Assembly: GCA_964530625.1 (NCBI GenBank)
Contig: CAZHAK010000012.1
Span: forward strand, 8,654 to 72,653
DNA length: 64,000 bases
Source: an uncultured Alphaproteobacteria bacterium
GTDB lineage: Bacteria > Electryoneota > RPQS01
Direction of reading: 5' to 3'
Shown here: piece by piece, positions 1 to 9,007 of the stretch
Position numbering within the stretch: position 1 is the stretch's first letter
Layout: each line of letters starts with the position of its first letter
The notes under the pieces: generated by a model
Databases searched by the model: none
Told to the model about the DNA's origin: nothing
Seen by the model: the letters and a program-made list of their open reading frames with translations, nothing else
Translations under genes and position numbers: made by a program

Positions 1-157
1 TCGAAGGAGTAGATAAAATCGAACGTCGCTCTTTCTTTACCCTTGATCACGGTGTAGGGCGTGACCACCCGTTTTGGCTCTACACGCGGCGCCCCGATTT
101 CCAAACAATCTATCACGATCAGTGCGTCCAGAGAATGTTTTCGAGTCGATTCCGCCA
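1..157 (-). CDS. Partial ORF running off the left edge (N-terminal 52 aa: MAESTRKHSLDALIVIDCLEIGAPRVEPKRVV...). Hypothetical; probably third gene of an operon with the DUF1611 and PLP enzyme genes.
   Basis: ATG at 157-155 on the minus strand lies 4 nt downstream of the DUF1611 stop (161). It stays open to the window edge. No motif recognised. Confidence 0.3.
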
Positions 158-160
158 TGC

Positions 161-1246
161 CTACTTCCTCAACTTCTCTTTTGCCGTAATCACAGCCTCA
201 ACAATTTTGTCGGGGCCATGCACGAGCACATCCGCCGTCGGCAATCCGTATTCTTTTTCAAGCTGCGCGCAGACGGAGTCAATCTTATCCGCAGGCAAGT
301 CTTCATGATTCACGGTAATAGCGATAACCGGCTTGCTCGAAATGATTTGTATCGCTTCAATCTGGCGTTTTAAGTCGTGCAGGACGTATCCCGGAAAGCC
401 GTCGTACTCTTTGCGCATCGGCGCGTGCTGCAAGACAACGACGTCCGGTCTGCCTGCTGCTAAAATTTCAAAGCCACCGGGGTAGGCAGGATTCAACAAA
501 CTTCCCTGACCTTCGATAACAATGAACTCAGGGTGCTGCTCATTCCAAGCGCTCCAAACCGCATGCTCAATTTCTCCCGCTACAAAATCATTCACCAAAG
601 AATCCATGATACAACCATAGCGCGCGCCTTGCAGCCAGGTGGTTTGGCCCGTGCCGATCAATTCGGCTGATCGCTCACGATCTGCAAGACCGAAGACAAT
701 CCGCCACGCGGTCGTCCGCTTACCGACTGCCGAGTCTGTGCCTAAGACCGCGATCTTAAACGAATCCACTTGCTCGATCTTTCCTTCAAAGAAATGCAGC
801 GCATCCACCGAGGGGGGCTTGCGCACGTCGGTCAATGTCACTCCGCGCGCAATCGCCAAATCCATCATAATCGGATCTTCCGTGAGATAATCGTGCAGGC
901 CGCAAACCACGTTCAGTTTCATTTCAATCGCCTGCCGCACGGCTTCGCGCGCTTCGCCCGACAACCGTCCACCGTCGGGAGCAAGTCCCACAATAAGATG
1001 CGTCGGTGGTTTTCCGGCATCACGCGCCGCCGCCGCCGCATCATAGGTTGATCCATAGATCATGATGCCGGATTTCTTTCCGTCCAAGACTTCGAGGGCG
1101 TCTTGCCCAGCGTATTTTGAATCTACAACTGAGTGAACCTCAAACCGGCGAGTGAAGCGAGTCAGCCCGTGAGCAGTCTTGCCGTTCGTCGTATTGAAGG
1201 CTCCTTCGCAGTAGACTATAGCCGTTCCGTCGTAATTAAATATCAT
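161..1246 (-). CDS. DUF1611-family protein: N-terminal Rossmann-like domain plus C-terminal P-loop-like domain (GTDSAVGKRTT).
   Basis: 361-aa ORF. Its start codon overlaps the stop of the upstream PLP-enzyme gene (ATGA overlap at 1243-1246). Overall similarity to the DUF1611 family as recalled from memory. Confidence 0.7.
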   Translation of the reverse strand: MIFNYDGTAIVYCEGAFNTTNGKTAHGLTRFTRRFEVHSVVDSKYAGQDALEVLDGKKSGIMIYGSTYDAAAAARDAGKPPTHLIVGLAPDGGRLSGEAREAVRQAIEMKLNVVCGLHDYLTEDPIMMDLAIARGVTLTDVRKPPSVDALHFFEGKIEQVDSFKIAVLGTDSAVGKRTTAWRIVFGLADRERSAELIGTGQTTWLQGARYGCIMDSLVNDFVAGEIEHAVWSAWNEQHPEFIVIEGQGSLLNPAYPGGFEILAAGRPDVVVLQHAPMRKEYDGFPGYVLHDLKRQIEAIQIISSKPVIAITVNHEDLPADKIDSVCAQLEKEYGLPTADVLVHGPDKIVEAVITAKEKLRK

Positions 1247-2409
1247 GCCTTTCTCCCGGTTAACAATACCACATATCTCTCCGGCGGCAGGTGTCCGCCG
1301 GGCACGTTAGCCAGCGCGATTAGACCCGCAGTGGACGCAGGCAGGACGCTCAATCCTTCCTGCTCTTTAAGTTTTTTTGCAAAGGACATCATGGCGCGGT
1401 CTGTCGCGTTGGCCGCCCAGCCGTTGGTGGAGTACATGGCGTCGAGCGCGATGTCGCCGTCAATCGAGTGCCAGTTCACGAGTGGTTCATTCACCGGAGT
1501 TTCGCGAATTTTTTCCGGTGACAAATCTTCGCATGTCTTCGCTCCACGCAAGAACGCTTGCACGACCGGATTCATCCCATGCGAGGAACCGCCCACCATA
1601 CGCGGAACGTGCGACGTTTTGCCGCGACGGTACAAACTCAAGAATCCTTTGTAAATTCCCGCGAGCGTCGTCGCATTGGAAACCGGAACGGCCATCGCCG
1701 CCGGAGCGTCGCGCAATGCGTCGTAAATTTCAAACGCGATTTCACCGTAAGCTTTTAGCTGCAGAGCGGTGTTGGCGCCGCCCGGGTTCGCGTCGTAATA
1801 TTCATTCTTCTCGGCCAACTCGCTTGAGGCCCGCACCGCACCTTCATAGTCGGTATCAATGCGCACGATCTCCGCATTGAATCGCAGCATTTCAGGTATG
1901 CGTCCGGAGTGGAACTTTGCGGGCACATGGATCACGCAACGCAGTCCAGCCGTGCTGGCCGCAAAAGCCATGGCGGCTCCATAGTTGCCGCACGTCGCCA
2001 CGGTAATCGTATCGTAACCGCGGCGGATCGCATCCATCGCCTGCGCGAAGGCAATTCTGTCCTTCTGCGTTCCCGTCGGATTCCCGCCTTCGAACTTCAA
2101 GAATATCTGCCGGACGCCGATTTCCTTTTCGATATTGCGCGCACGATGAAGCGACGTGTCACCGACTTCGGAATCGAAAATATCCTCAAAGGCTTCCAAT
2201 CTCTCGTCAACTGACCTTGACAGGTCAGACGCAATCTTGTGCGCTGACGCAATTTCCGGATCAAAGGTCAGATTGGAGGAAGTGGCTCCGTCCAACAGGG
2301 GGCGAATCTCTGCCGCCTGAACTAGGGCGTGTGAAGCGCTTGTAACTTTCTCGCTGTCGCCACCGTCGTTGATTTTCATCGTATCTTTGCCCCTCTCTGC
2401 GGTCGCCAT
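1243..2409 (-). CDS. PLP-dependent enzyme of the tryptophan-synthase-beta fold (type II), threonine-synthase-like.
   Basis: Motif FEGGNPTGTQKDR, where the K is the PLP lysine as in threonine synthase GNPTGSFKDR. Start chosen at the ATG preceded by AAGGAGG with a 4-nt spacer (MATAERGKD...). The ORF track extends it to 2448. Confidence 0.7.
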   Translation of the reverse strand: MATAERGKDTMKINDGGDSEKVTSASHALVQAAEIRPLLDGATSSNLTFDPEIASAHKIASDLSRSVDERLEAFEDIFDSEVGDTSLHRARNIEKEIGVRQIFLKFEGGNPTGTQKDRIAFAQAMDAIRRGYDTITVATCGNYGAAMAFAASTAGLRCVIHVPAKFHSGRIPEMLRFNAEIVRIDTDYEGAVRASSELAEKNEYYDANPGGANTALQLKAYGEIAFEIYDALRDAPAAMAVPVSNATTLAGIYKGFLSLYRRGKTSHVPRMVGGSSHGMNPVVQAFLRGAKTCEDLSPEKIRETPVNEPLVNWHSIDGDIALDAMYSTNGWAANATDRAMMSFAKKLKEQEGLSVLPASTAGLIALANVPGGHLPPERYVVLLTGRKA

Positions 2410-2923
2410 ATGGCCTCCTTTTGACCAATTCTCTGTTCGCCTACCCAATCACTTGAAATATATAGAAATTGTGTGACTCTTGCACGGAAGAACCGCCAGA
2501 ATTGCTTCTATTTCGACTGTTCACTGTTCAGGAAATACCTGATATTAAACGAGTAAACAATGGTCAGAACCTTACGGAACAAAGACCTGCACAAGTAAGG
2601 GGTTTGTATTCAGAACACGAGAACAAGATCAACAGAACAGCAAAGCACTTTCATTGACAACCTGCTTCACACTCGTTTTGCTATCCCTGTATTGGTTAGC
2701 CACTTCAACAAATCTCGCACTGTCTAGAGCCTGTATTTCAGGAGGCTGCGGACCTGCAGTTTAGACAGGGAAAGCGCCTGTCCAAAATTAAAGTTTTACC
2801 GCTAATTTGACGATACCCCTAATGAAGGCGATTGATAAGTCTCACTGGTGATTGATGTAAACTTTGATTTTCCATAGGCTTATCCTTCGAACGGTACGTA
2901 TCGTTTAGAAAAGGAGAATCCAA

Positions 2924-3133
2924 ATGGATGCTTCAGGAATTTCAACCGGTTCCAACATTGCTTCGATTGTGCAAAAGGCGACGAGCGAAGCTCCGGCCAC
3001 TGCTCCAAAGCAGGCCGAGGCTCCTCAGCAGTCCTATTTGTCGCAGCTTGAGCGACTGGGCGCCGATCATCCGCTGACCAAGTTCCTTGGAGGATTTTGG
3101 TCGCAACAGCAGCAAGTGGATGTGACGGTCTAA
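2924..3133 (+). CDS. Small hypothetical protein, 69 aa (MDASGISTGSNIASIVQKATSEAP...), low-complexity and Q-rich at the C-terminus.
   Basis: AGGAG sits 8 nt upstream of the ATG. An intrinsic terminator lies about 30 nt after the stop. The gene is isolated in an AT-richer ~1 kb gap. Confidence 0.45.
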   Translation: MDASGISTGSNIASIVQKATSEAPATAPKQAEAPQQSYLSQLERLGADHPLTKFLGGFWSQQQQVDVTV

Positions 3134-3159
3134 CACGGTTTCCTCTCAACCCCGAGAGA

Positions 3160-3196
3160 CGAAAAGCCCCGCGAGAACTTGCGGGGCTTTTCAGTT
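3160..3196 (+). terminator. Rho-independent terminator: GC hairpin gccccgc...gcggggc followed by TTTTCAGTTT.
   Basis: Inverted repeat plus T-run directly after the small ORF. Confidence 0.6.
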
Positions 3197-3420
3197 TCAC
3201 AAAAGAAATGTTTTTAAAGGCAATGTTGTCAAATAATTGTTTTTTATGTTTTTGGAATCAATAACACTGGACAAGCACACTACCTCCTGTCGGAAACGCA
3301 CTTGACACTCAGTGACCGCAAACGTACCTTGACAAGGGTACTTGGCTCTTCTTTGATCTTAATGAGTTTGGACTCGGTGCAAGTTTCTTTTTTTGGATCG
3401 CAGGAAGCACTTGCTTCCAA

Positions 3421-3435
3421 CAAAAAAAAAAAAAG
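3421..3435. repeat. Homopolymeric A tract (A13; c then 13 a) about 65 nt upstream of the 3501 gene start.
   Basis: Seen directly: c aaaaaaaaaaaaa g. Confidence 0.9.
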
Positions 3436-3500
3436 TAACTTAGGCTGTCTGCGGTCGCCAGACATTTTTGGGTGGGATATTCAAATCAAGGAGAACGGCC

Positions 3501-3908
3501 ATGAAGTTTAACAGCGCAAAGAAACTCGCATATGTCGGTTTGATTGTAGTAGCCACAGTTTGGATTCTGCAAGACGGGTTCGCCCTAAACATCGTCCACA
3601 CCCACACCGCAAAAGGGTGGCTAAATCAAGAATTTGAAGTTACGACTCCTCAGACCGTTATCATGGAAGGTAAGGCACCTTCAAGCGGCACGCTTCGCGT
3701 CATGCTTGACCGTTTAGGTATGGTTAGAGTGGCTGAGTTTGATATTCAGAATGGGCAATGTAGATCGGACAACATAGGCGAACTAAGTTCTCATCTCTAT
3801 GATTTTTCTTCAAGAGTGACGAACTATGGTTCAGGCACAGGAAAGTCATGCTTGCGAAGCCCGACCGTTTATTCGCAGTGCAGCTGTGGTGGTGGGCAAG
3901 GTAGCTAA
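3501..3908 (+). CDS. Hypothetical secreted or membrane-anchored Cys-containing protein, 135 aa. N-terminal hydrophobic segment KKLAYVGLIVVATVWIL.
   Basis: ATG with AAGGAG 7 nt upstream. The track's 3468 start is a TTG extension. Confidence 0.5.
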   Translation: MKFNSAKKLAYVGLIVVATVWILQDGFALNIVHTHTAKGWLNQEFEVTTPQTVIMEGKAPSSGTLRVMLDRLGMVRVAEFDIQNGQCRSDNIGELSSHLYDFSSRVTNYGSGTGKSCLRSPTVYSQCSCGGGQGS

Positions 3909-3949
3909 TCACATGATGGGGCGTTTGCGACCCCGCCCCTAGAATTCTA

Positions 3950-5608
3950 ATGATAATCATCGCATCAATCTTAATCGCCTTGGTTGTAACTCAATCAGCT
4001 CGCCCAACAATTATAGTTGTAGAAGCTGGAGAGAGCATCCAAATCGCATTAGCTTCATCAATCACTGGCGATACAGTCCTTGTTCAACCCGGCGATTATC
4101 ATGAGAGCCTTCGACTTCCAAACCACTCAGTTACACTTGCGGGGAGCTATCTATTTTCATCGGACACGATGGATATTCGCGAAACGACGCTCTTTCCTGA
4201 CAGCGTGTCACTGGACACGAATAGCTGCATAGTAGTTACTTCCGGCAATCAGATATGCCATCGCGTTGTTGGCCTAACCCTTAAAGGCGGAAAGGGTACT
4301 CAAACAAATATTTTTAATAATCAAAAGAGCGGCGGCGGGGTTTATGCCAGAAATTCTTGTGTTACAATCGAATTCTGTAGAATCCTGGATTGTAAGACAA
4401 CATTCGGCGGTGGAATTGCCGCGATTGGACCAAGCTTTGAGGTTCGCTCCGGATTTGTCGAAGTCAACAATTGTTTCATTCGAGGCTGTACAGCGCAGGA
4501 AAATGGGGGCGGTTTTTTTGCGCTGAGTTGTAGCCTCGCATTTGATCACTGTGAATTAGTTAAAGATTCCTGCTTAAATTTCTGCGGAGGAATAGAGGCA
4601 AGTCAAAGCTACATACATGGAACAAACACCACCGTTGATTCGGCCTACGGTTCTTCTAGCTCTTTGGATATTAGCACCAGTGAAGTTTACTTAAATCAAT
4701 GCAGTTTTTTACACGGCACATGTATTCCCCATCCCTTATCGAACAGCTTTTTTCACATAGGGAGTAGCTCAGGTAGAGTCGCAGCATGCACGTTCAGTGA
4801 GAATTTAACGGAGTACCCAGGAGGTTCTATCATAGGCGATCCCGCACCAGAAGTAGTTGGGTGCGTTTTTGAAAGAATCACGGCAACGATTTACACAGCG
4901 ACAGTCTTGATCGGGTACGACGATAACACTCAGTTCGCATACAACATTATTCGCGATAACGTAAACATTGCGGGAGGCGCGATCCAGCCGTTTCAGAGAA
5001 CGACCGCACGCATTCATCACAACCTTATCACGGGCAATCGGTCACTGCAAGAGAATCGTCCGTCCGCGATTTTGTGCGTCTCAAACTGCAACCCAACGAT
5101 TGACTCCAATCGAATTGAAGGCAATCATGGCAGTTCAGTCGGATTCATTATTGAGTTAGGTGAACATCACTGGGACTTATCGCGGAACTGGTGGGGGCAC
5201 GAGAGCGGCCCTTACGACGCGGTACGCAATGCGGGCGGACAGGGCGACACCATTCAAACAGATTCCGTTGTCTTTGAACCTTGGCTTCTGACTCCGCCTG
5301 AAACGTCAGTTGGCATAGGGCCCATACATCCGAAACAGCCGTTAGCGAGTACTTGGGAGATTCTGGCAGTCTATCCGAATCCGTTCAACAATTCTTTCAC
5401 AGTTTCCATTGCAGGTTTTGCACGCAGCGATTTTGAGGTGAAACTCGTAGACCTACTTGGCCGCCAGGTCGCTTCCATCCATAGCGGCTCACTAACCGGG
5501 ACATCTCTTCGTTACGATGCCGCCACGCAGCTTGCAACTGGACTATACTTTCTCGTCGCACAGGACAGCCGATCCGTTAGCGTTAAGAAAGTAGTCTTTC
5601 TAAAGTAA
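3950..5608 (+). CDS. Right-handed parallel beta-helix repeat protein (NosD/pectate-lyase-like) with a C-terminal T9SS (Por) sorting domain.
   Basis: N-terminal signal-like MIIIASILIALVVTQSA. Many G/N/C-rich beta-helix repeats. C-terminal AVYPNPFNNSFTVSI...KKVVFLK matches the Por_Secre_tail pattern. Confidence 0.65.
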   Translation: MIIIASILIALVVTQSARPTIIVVEAGESIQIALASSITGDTVLVQPGDYHESLRLPNHSVTLAGSYLFSSDTMDIRETTLFPDSVSLDTNSCIVVTSGNQICHRVVGLTLKGGKGTQTNIFNNQKSGGGVYARNSCVTIEFCRILDCKTTFGGGIAAIGPSFEVRSGFVEVNNCFIRGCTAQENGGGFFALSCSLAFDHCELVKDSCLNFCGGIEASQSYIHGTNTTVDSAYGSSSSLDISTSEVYLNQCSFLHGTCIPHPLSNSFFHIGSSSGRVAACTFSENLTEYPGGSIIGDPAPEVVGCVFERITATIYTATVLIGYDDNTQFAYNIIRDNVNIAGGAIQPFQRTTARIHHNLITGNRSLQENRPSAILCVSNCNPTIDSNRIEGNHGSSVGFIIELGEHHWDLSRNWWGHESGPYDAVRNAGGQGDTIQTDSVVFEPWLLTPPETSVGIGPIHPKQPLASTWEILAVYPNPFNNSFTVSIAGFARSDFEVKLVDLLGRQVASIHSGSLTGTSLRYDAATQLATGLYFLVAQDSRSVSVKKVVFLK

Positions 5609-5625
5609 GCATTTGCACAATCATA

Positions 5626-5657
5626 AAAGCCCCGCGATAGCTCGCGGGGCTTTTTAA
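5626..5657. terminator. Bidirectional intrinsic terminator (aaaagccccgcgatagctcgcggggcttttta). It ends the plus-strand T9SS gene and the minus-strand ribosomal cluster after rplQ.
   Basis: Perfect 9-bp GC stem flanked by an A-run and a T-run. Confidence 0.7.
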
Positions 5658-5672
5658 TCTAAGCTTTGTCTC

Positions 5673-6104
5673 TTATGCCGCGGCCTTCTTACTCTTCTTG
5701 GCCTTCTTCTCGTCGGCGGCGGGTGTGGCTGCTGCGGCTTGGACGCCTTCGTAGCCTACCAGCTCGATAATCGCGATGGGAGCGGCGTCACCGCGGCGGA
5801 CACCCATCTTAATGATGCGTGTGTATCCACCCGGACGATCGGCGTTCTTGGGGCCGATTTCGCTGAACAGCATTTGCAGGATCGCAGGCTTCGTGCAGAA
5901 GCGCGCAACCAAACGGCGCGACGCGACCGAATCCGCCTTAGCCTTGGTGATTAGGCGTTCGGCAAAGGGGCGAAGCTCTTTCGCTTTGGCTATGGTCGTC
6001 TTGATCCGCTTGTGCTCAAAGAGGTCTTGCGCCATGTTGATCATCAACGCCTTTTTATGGCTGGACGTTCGCGAAAGCTGGCGTCCTTTATTTAAGTGTC
6101 TCAT
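5673..6104 (-). CDS. rplQ: 50S ribosomal protein L17, with an Ala/Lys-rich C-terminal tail.
   Basis: Sequence MRHLNKGRQLSRTSSHKKALM... is typical of L17. It is the last gene of the alpha operon. Confidence 0.9.
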   Translation of the reverse strand: MRHLNKGRQLSRTSSHKKALMINMAQDLFEHKRIKTTIAKAKELRPFAERLITKAKADSVASRRLVARFCTKPAILQMLFSEIGPKNADRPGGYTRIIKMGVRRGDAAPIAIIELVGYEGVQAAAATPAADEKKAKKSKKAAA

Positions 6105-7093
6105 TTCTTATCGAAGTCCACAGAGAGATATTTTTCCACGTCCATGCCGAAATGCAGTGACTTGGTCTTCAGAATTTCATTCAGTTCGACGAGTGACTTC
6201 CGGCCAAAATTTTTGAAGCGCAGCATCTCGTTTTCGTCACGGCGCACGAGATCCGCAATCGTGCGAATCTTGGCTTCCTTCAAACAGTTCGCGCTGCGAA
6301 CGGACAGTTCGAGATCCTCGACCGGCTTGCGCAAGAGCTTACGAATTTGCAGAGTCTCTTCGTCGATATCTTCATCGTCGTCCTTTTCGGGCTTCATGTC
6401 GAAGCTGATGAAGAGCGCAATATGGTCACGTAAGACGCGACCAGCGTTTGAGAGAGCGTCTTCCGGAGTCACTGAACCGTCGGTCCAGATTTCCAGAATC
6501 AGTTTTTCGTAGTCCGTGCGCTGACCGACACGAGTATTCTCGATAGTGTAGGTCACATTGCGGATCGGCGAATAAATTGCGTCCAAGGGAATTGTGCCGA
6601 TGGGTGCGTCCGACGGGCGGTTTTCTTCCGCCGGAACGTAGCCGCGGCCCTTCTTGATGGCCAATTCCATCTTGAGTTCAGACTCGCTGTTCAACGTCGC
6701 AATCAGATGATCGGGATTCAGAATCTCGAAATCATTGTTGCCGATTTGCAAATCGCGCGCGGTAAACTCTTTGGGACCTTTCAGCTGGACATAAATTTTG
6801 TCCGGCTTCTTGTTCAAGAGTTTGAAGCGCACACCCTTCAGGTTCAGGATCATCTCGGTAACGTCTTCAGACACACCGGGAATCGTCGAGAACTCGTGCA
6901 GGACTCCGTCCACTTTAATCGTGACAATTGCCGCGCCCTGCAGAGTTGAAATCAGGACACGACGCAGGCTATTACCAATGGTGACTCCATAGCCACGTTC
7001 AAGGGGTTGGACAATGAATTTGCCATAGGTATCCGTATGGGTAGATTCATCAATCTCCACCGCTTCCGGCATTTGGAAGTTCAAACCGTTCAT
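6101..7093 (-). CDS. rpoA: DNA-directed RNA polymerase subunit alpha.
   Basis: MNGLNFQMPEAVEIDESTHTDTYGKFIVQPLERGYG... matches RpoA. Start taken at the internal ATG (MNGLNF); the ORF track extends to 7210. Confidence 0.9.
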   Translation of the reverse strand: MNGLNFQMPEAVEIDESTHTDTYGKFIVQPLERGYGVTIGNSLRRVLISTLQGAAIVTIKVDGVLHEFSTIPGVSEDVTEMILNLKGVRFKLLNKKPDKIYVQLKGPKEFTARDLQIGNNDFEILNPDHLIATLNSESELKMELAIKKGRGYVPAEENRPSDAPIGTIPLDAIYSPIRNVTYTIENTRVGQRTDYEKLILEIWTDGSVTPEDALSNAGRVLRDHIALFISFDMKPEKDDDEDIDEETLQIRKLLRKPVEDLELSVRSANCLKEAKIRTIADLVRRDENEMLRFKNFGRKSLVELNEILKTKSLHFGMDVEKYLSVDFDKK

Positions 7094-7112
7094 GGGTCTC
7101 CTCGAGGTGAAA

Positions 7113-7742
7113 TTAACGCGAGTAGAGTTCGACAACCAACTGCTCGTTGGCTTCGAACGGGATGTCGTTGCGCGCGGGCGATCCCAGGAAGACACCTTCC
7201 ATTTTTGCACGATCGACTTCCAGATTCGGCATCATTTTGCCGTGCGCGGCGAGCTGCATCGAAGAATGGATCACTTCCAATTTACGGGAGCGTTCACGGA
7301 CTTTGATACGGTCATTCGCCTTGAGGATGTAAGACGGGATATTGACCTTTTTGCCATTAACCATGAAGTGCGCGTGCACAACGAGTTGGCGCGCTTGGCG
7401 GCGCGTAGAGGCGAAACCCAGACGATAGATGATATTGTCCAAACGGCTTTCGAGCATTCCCATCAGGTTTTCACCGGTGACACCCTTTTGACGCTGCGCG
7501 ACGGTGAAGAAGCGATGAAACTGACGCTCGAGCAGGCCGTAAGACTCACGGATCTTTTGTTTTTCGAGGAGCTGTCGTCCGTATTCGGAAACCTTACTAC
7601 GACGACCTCGACCGTGCATACCCGGCGGGTAGCCCTTTTTGTCAAACGCCGACTTGCCACTACGAACGCGCAGGCCTTTGAGGTACAATTGCGCGCCGAC
7701 TCGACGACATATTTTATCCGTTGGACCGCGATTTCTTGCCAT
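7113..7742 (-). CDS. rpsD: 30S ribosomal protein S4.
   Basis: MARNRGPTDKICRRVGAQLYLKG... is typical of S4. Confidence 0.9.
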   Translation of the reverse strand: MARNRGPTDKICRRVGAQLYLKGLRVRSGKSAFDKKGYPPGMHGRGRRSKVSEYGRQLLEKQKIRESYGLLERQFHRFFTVAQRQKGVTGENLMGMLESRLDNIIYRLGFASTRRQARQLVVHAHFMVNGKKVNIPSYILKANDRIKVRERSRKLEVIHSSMQLAAHGKMMPNLEVDRAKMEGVFLGSPARNDIPFEANEQLVVELYSR

Positions 7743-7789
7743 AGACTTACAGGATATTTAGGTGATCAAAAATTACAAAGACGAGAGGA

Positions 7790-8179
7790 TTACACGCGGC
7801 GCGCTTTTTCAGGGCGGCAACCGTTATGGGGTAACGGAGTGACGTCGCGAATCGTCTGAATAGTCAAACCCGACGCCGCGATAGCACGCACGGCTCCATC
7901 ACGCCCGCCGCCGGGGCCGCGCACTTCGATAGAGACTTTTTTCAGACCCAGCGCCATCGCGGCTTTAGCGGCATTGTCGGCGGCCAGCTGCGCGGCGAAC
8001 GGAGTGTTCTTGCGCGAGCCTTTCAAGCCCATCTTGCCTGCGGAAGCCCAGGAAATGGTATTGCCGTAGTTATCGGTAATCGTGATAAGCGTATTGTTGA
8101 AGGAAGATTTGACGTGTACTACGCCAGTATCTTCCACCCGTTCTTTTTTCCGCTTACCTTTTTTCTTGGAAGTTGCCAA
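7790..8179 (-). CDS. rpsK: 30S ribosomal protein S11, with a probable TTG start.
   Basis: ...[12 protein letters not shown]...[13 protein letters not shown]. Alignment to E. coli S11 places the N-terminus at [12 protein letters not shown], which is a TTG codon with GGAG 9 nt upstream. The track start at 8206 is also TTG. Confidence 0.85.
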   Translation of the reverse strand: MATSKKKGKRKKERVEDTGVVHVKSSFNNTLITITDNYGNTISWASAGKMGLKGSRKNTPFAAQLAADNAAKAAMALGLKKVSIEVRGPGGGRDGAVRAIAASGLTIQTIRDVTPLPHNGCRPEKARRV

Positions 8180-8229
8180 GTTATTACTCCGTGAAGAAAC
8201 GATCAACTGCGCGAGCGCAGCAAAATTTA

Positions 8230-8601
8230 TTACTTACCTTTTTTCTTGATCATCAAGTTTTTCTTGCGGCCCTTACGCGTGCGGGAATTATTTTTCGTAT
8301 TCTGTCCGCGAACGGGAAGTCCTTTACGATGGCGCAGACCGCGATAGCAACCTACGTCCATCAAACGCTTGATGTTCATTTGAATCTCGGAACGCAACGG
8401 CCCTTCGAGCTTGTAGTCGGCGATCGTCGCGCGAATCGCAGCGAGTTCGTCGTCATTCAGTTCATTGGTACGCTTGTTCCAATCAATTTCGCACTTCGTC
8501 AAAATCTTCTGAGACGTGGGGCGACCGACGCCAAAAATGTAGGTCAGGGCGACTTCGATGCGCTTATCGCGCGGGATATCTACGCCGGCAAAACGAGCCA
8601 T
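8230..8601 (-). CDS. rpsM: 30S ribosomal protein S13.
   Basis: [24 protein letters not shown]... is typical of S13. Confidence 0.9.
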   Translation of the reverse strand: MARFAGVDIPRDKRIEVALTYIFGVGRPTSQKILTKCEIDWNKRTNELNDDELAAIRATIADYKLEGPLRSEIQMNIKRLMDVGCYRGLRHRKGLPVRGQNTKNNSRTRKGRKKNLMIKKKGK

Positions 8602-8630
8602 TGCTTAATTACCTGTGTTACGGCGCGGGG

Positions 8631-8747
8631 CTAACCCTGGCGCTGTTTGTGTTTTTTGGTTCTGGAGCACACGATAAAGACACGGCCGCGACGACGGACG
8701 ATCTTACAGTGTTCACAAATTTTCTTAACGGAAGTACGGACTTTCAT
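8631..8747 (-). CDS. rpmJ: 50S ribosomal protein L36, 38 aa: [38 protein letters not shown].
   Basis: Hand-translated from the minus strand between rpsM and infA. Too short for the ORF track. Shows the C-x2-C...C motif of L36. Confidence 0.85.
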   Translation of the reverse strand: MKVRTSVKKICEHCKIVRRRGRVFIVCSRTKKHKQRQG

Positions 8748-8773
8748 GGTCGGTATCGCAATACTTTCTGAGA

Positions 8774-8992
8774 TTACTTATAGCGGTACGTGATGCGTCC
8801 GCGGCTGAGGTCATAAGGAGACAGTTCCACGGTGACTTTGTCGCCGGGCAGGATCTTAATAAAATGCATGCGCATTTTGCCCGAGATGTGACAGAGAACT
8901 TTGTGTCCATTCTCCAGAACTACGCGAAACGTAGCGTTGGGCAGACACTCCTCGATCACGCCGTCAACCTTAATGGACTGTTCTTTGGAAAT
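8774..8992 (-). CDS. infA: Translation initiation factor IF-1, with an apparent non-canonical ATT start codon.
   Basis: Homology to IF-1 ([29 protein letters not shown] vs E. coli [29 protein letters not shown]) extends 11 codons upstream of the GTG used by the ORF track. Only 5 codons separate the map stop (TAA) from the conserved N-terminus, and the codon at the expected Met position is ATT, preceded by GAGG. Confidence 0.75.
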   Translation of the reverse strand: MSKEQSIKVDGVIEECLPNATFRVVLENGHKVLCHISGKMRMHFIKILPGDKVTVELSPYDLSRGRITYRYK

Positions 8993-9007
8993 AGGAACCT
9001 CTAATAC

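Noticed and set aside
8774-8959. 61-aa infA as given in the ORF track (GTG start).
   Set aside because: It omits the conserved N-terminal [10 protein letters not shown] segment that aligns with IF-1 from other bacteria. The upstream ATT start is preferred.
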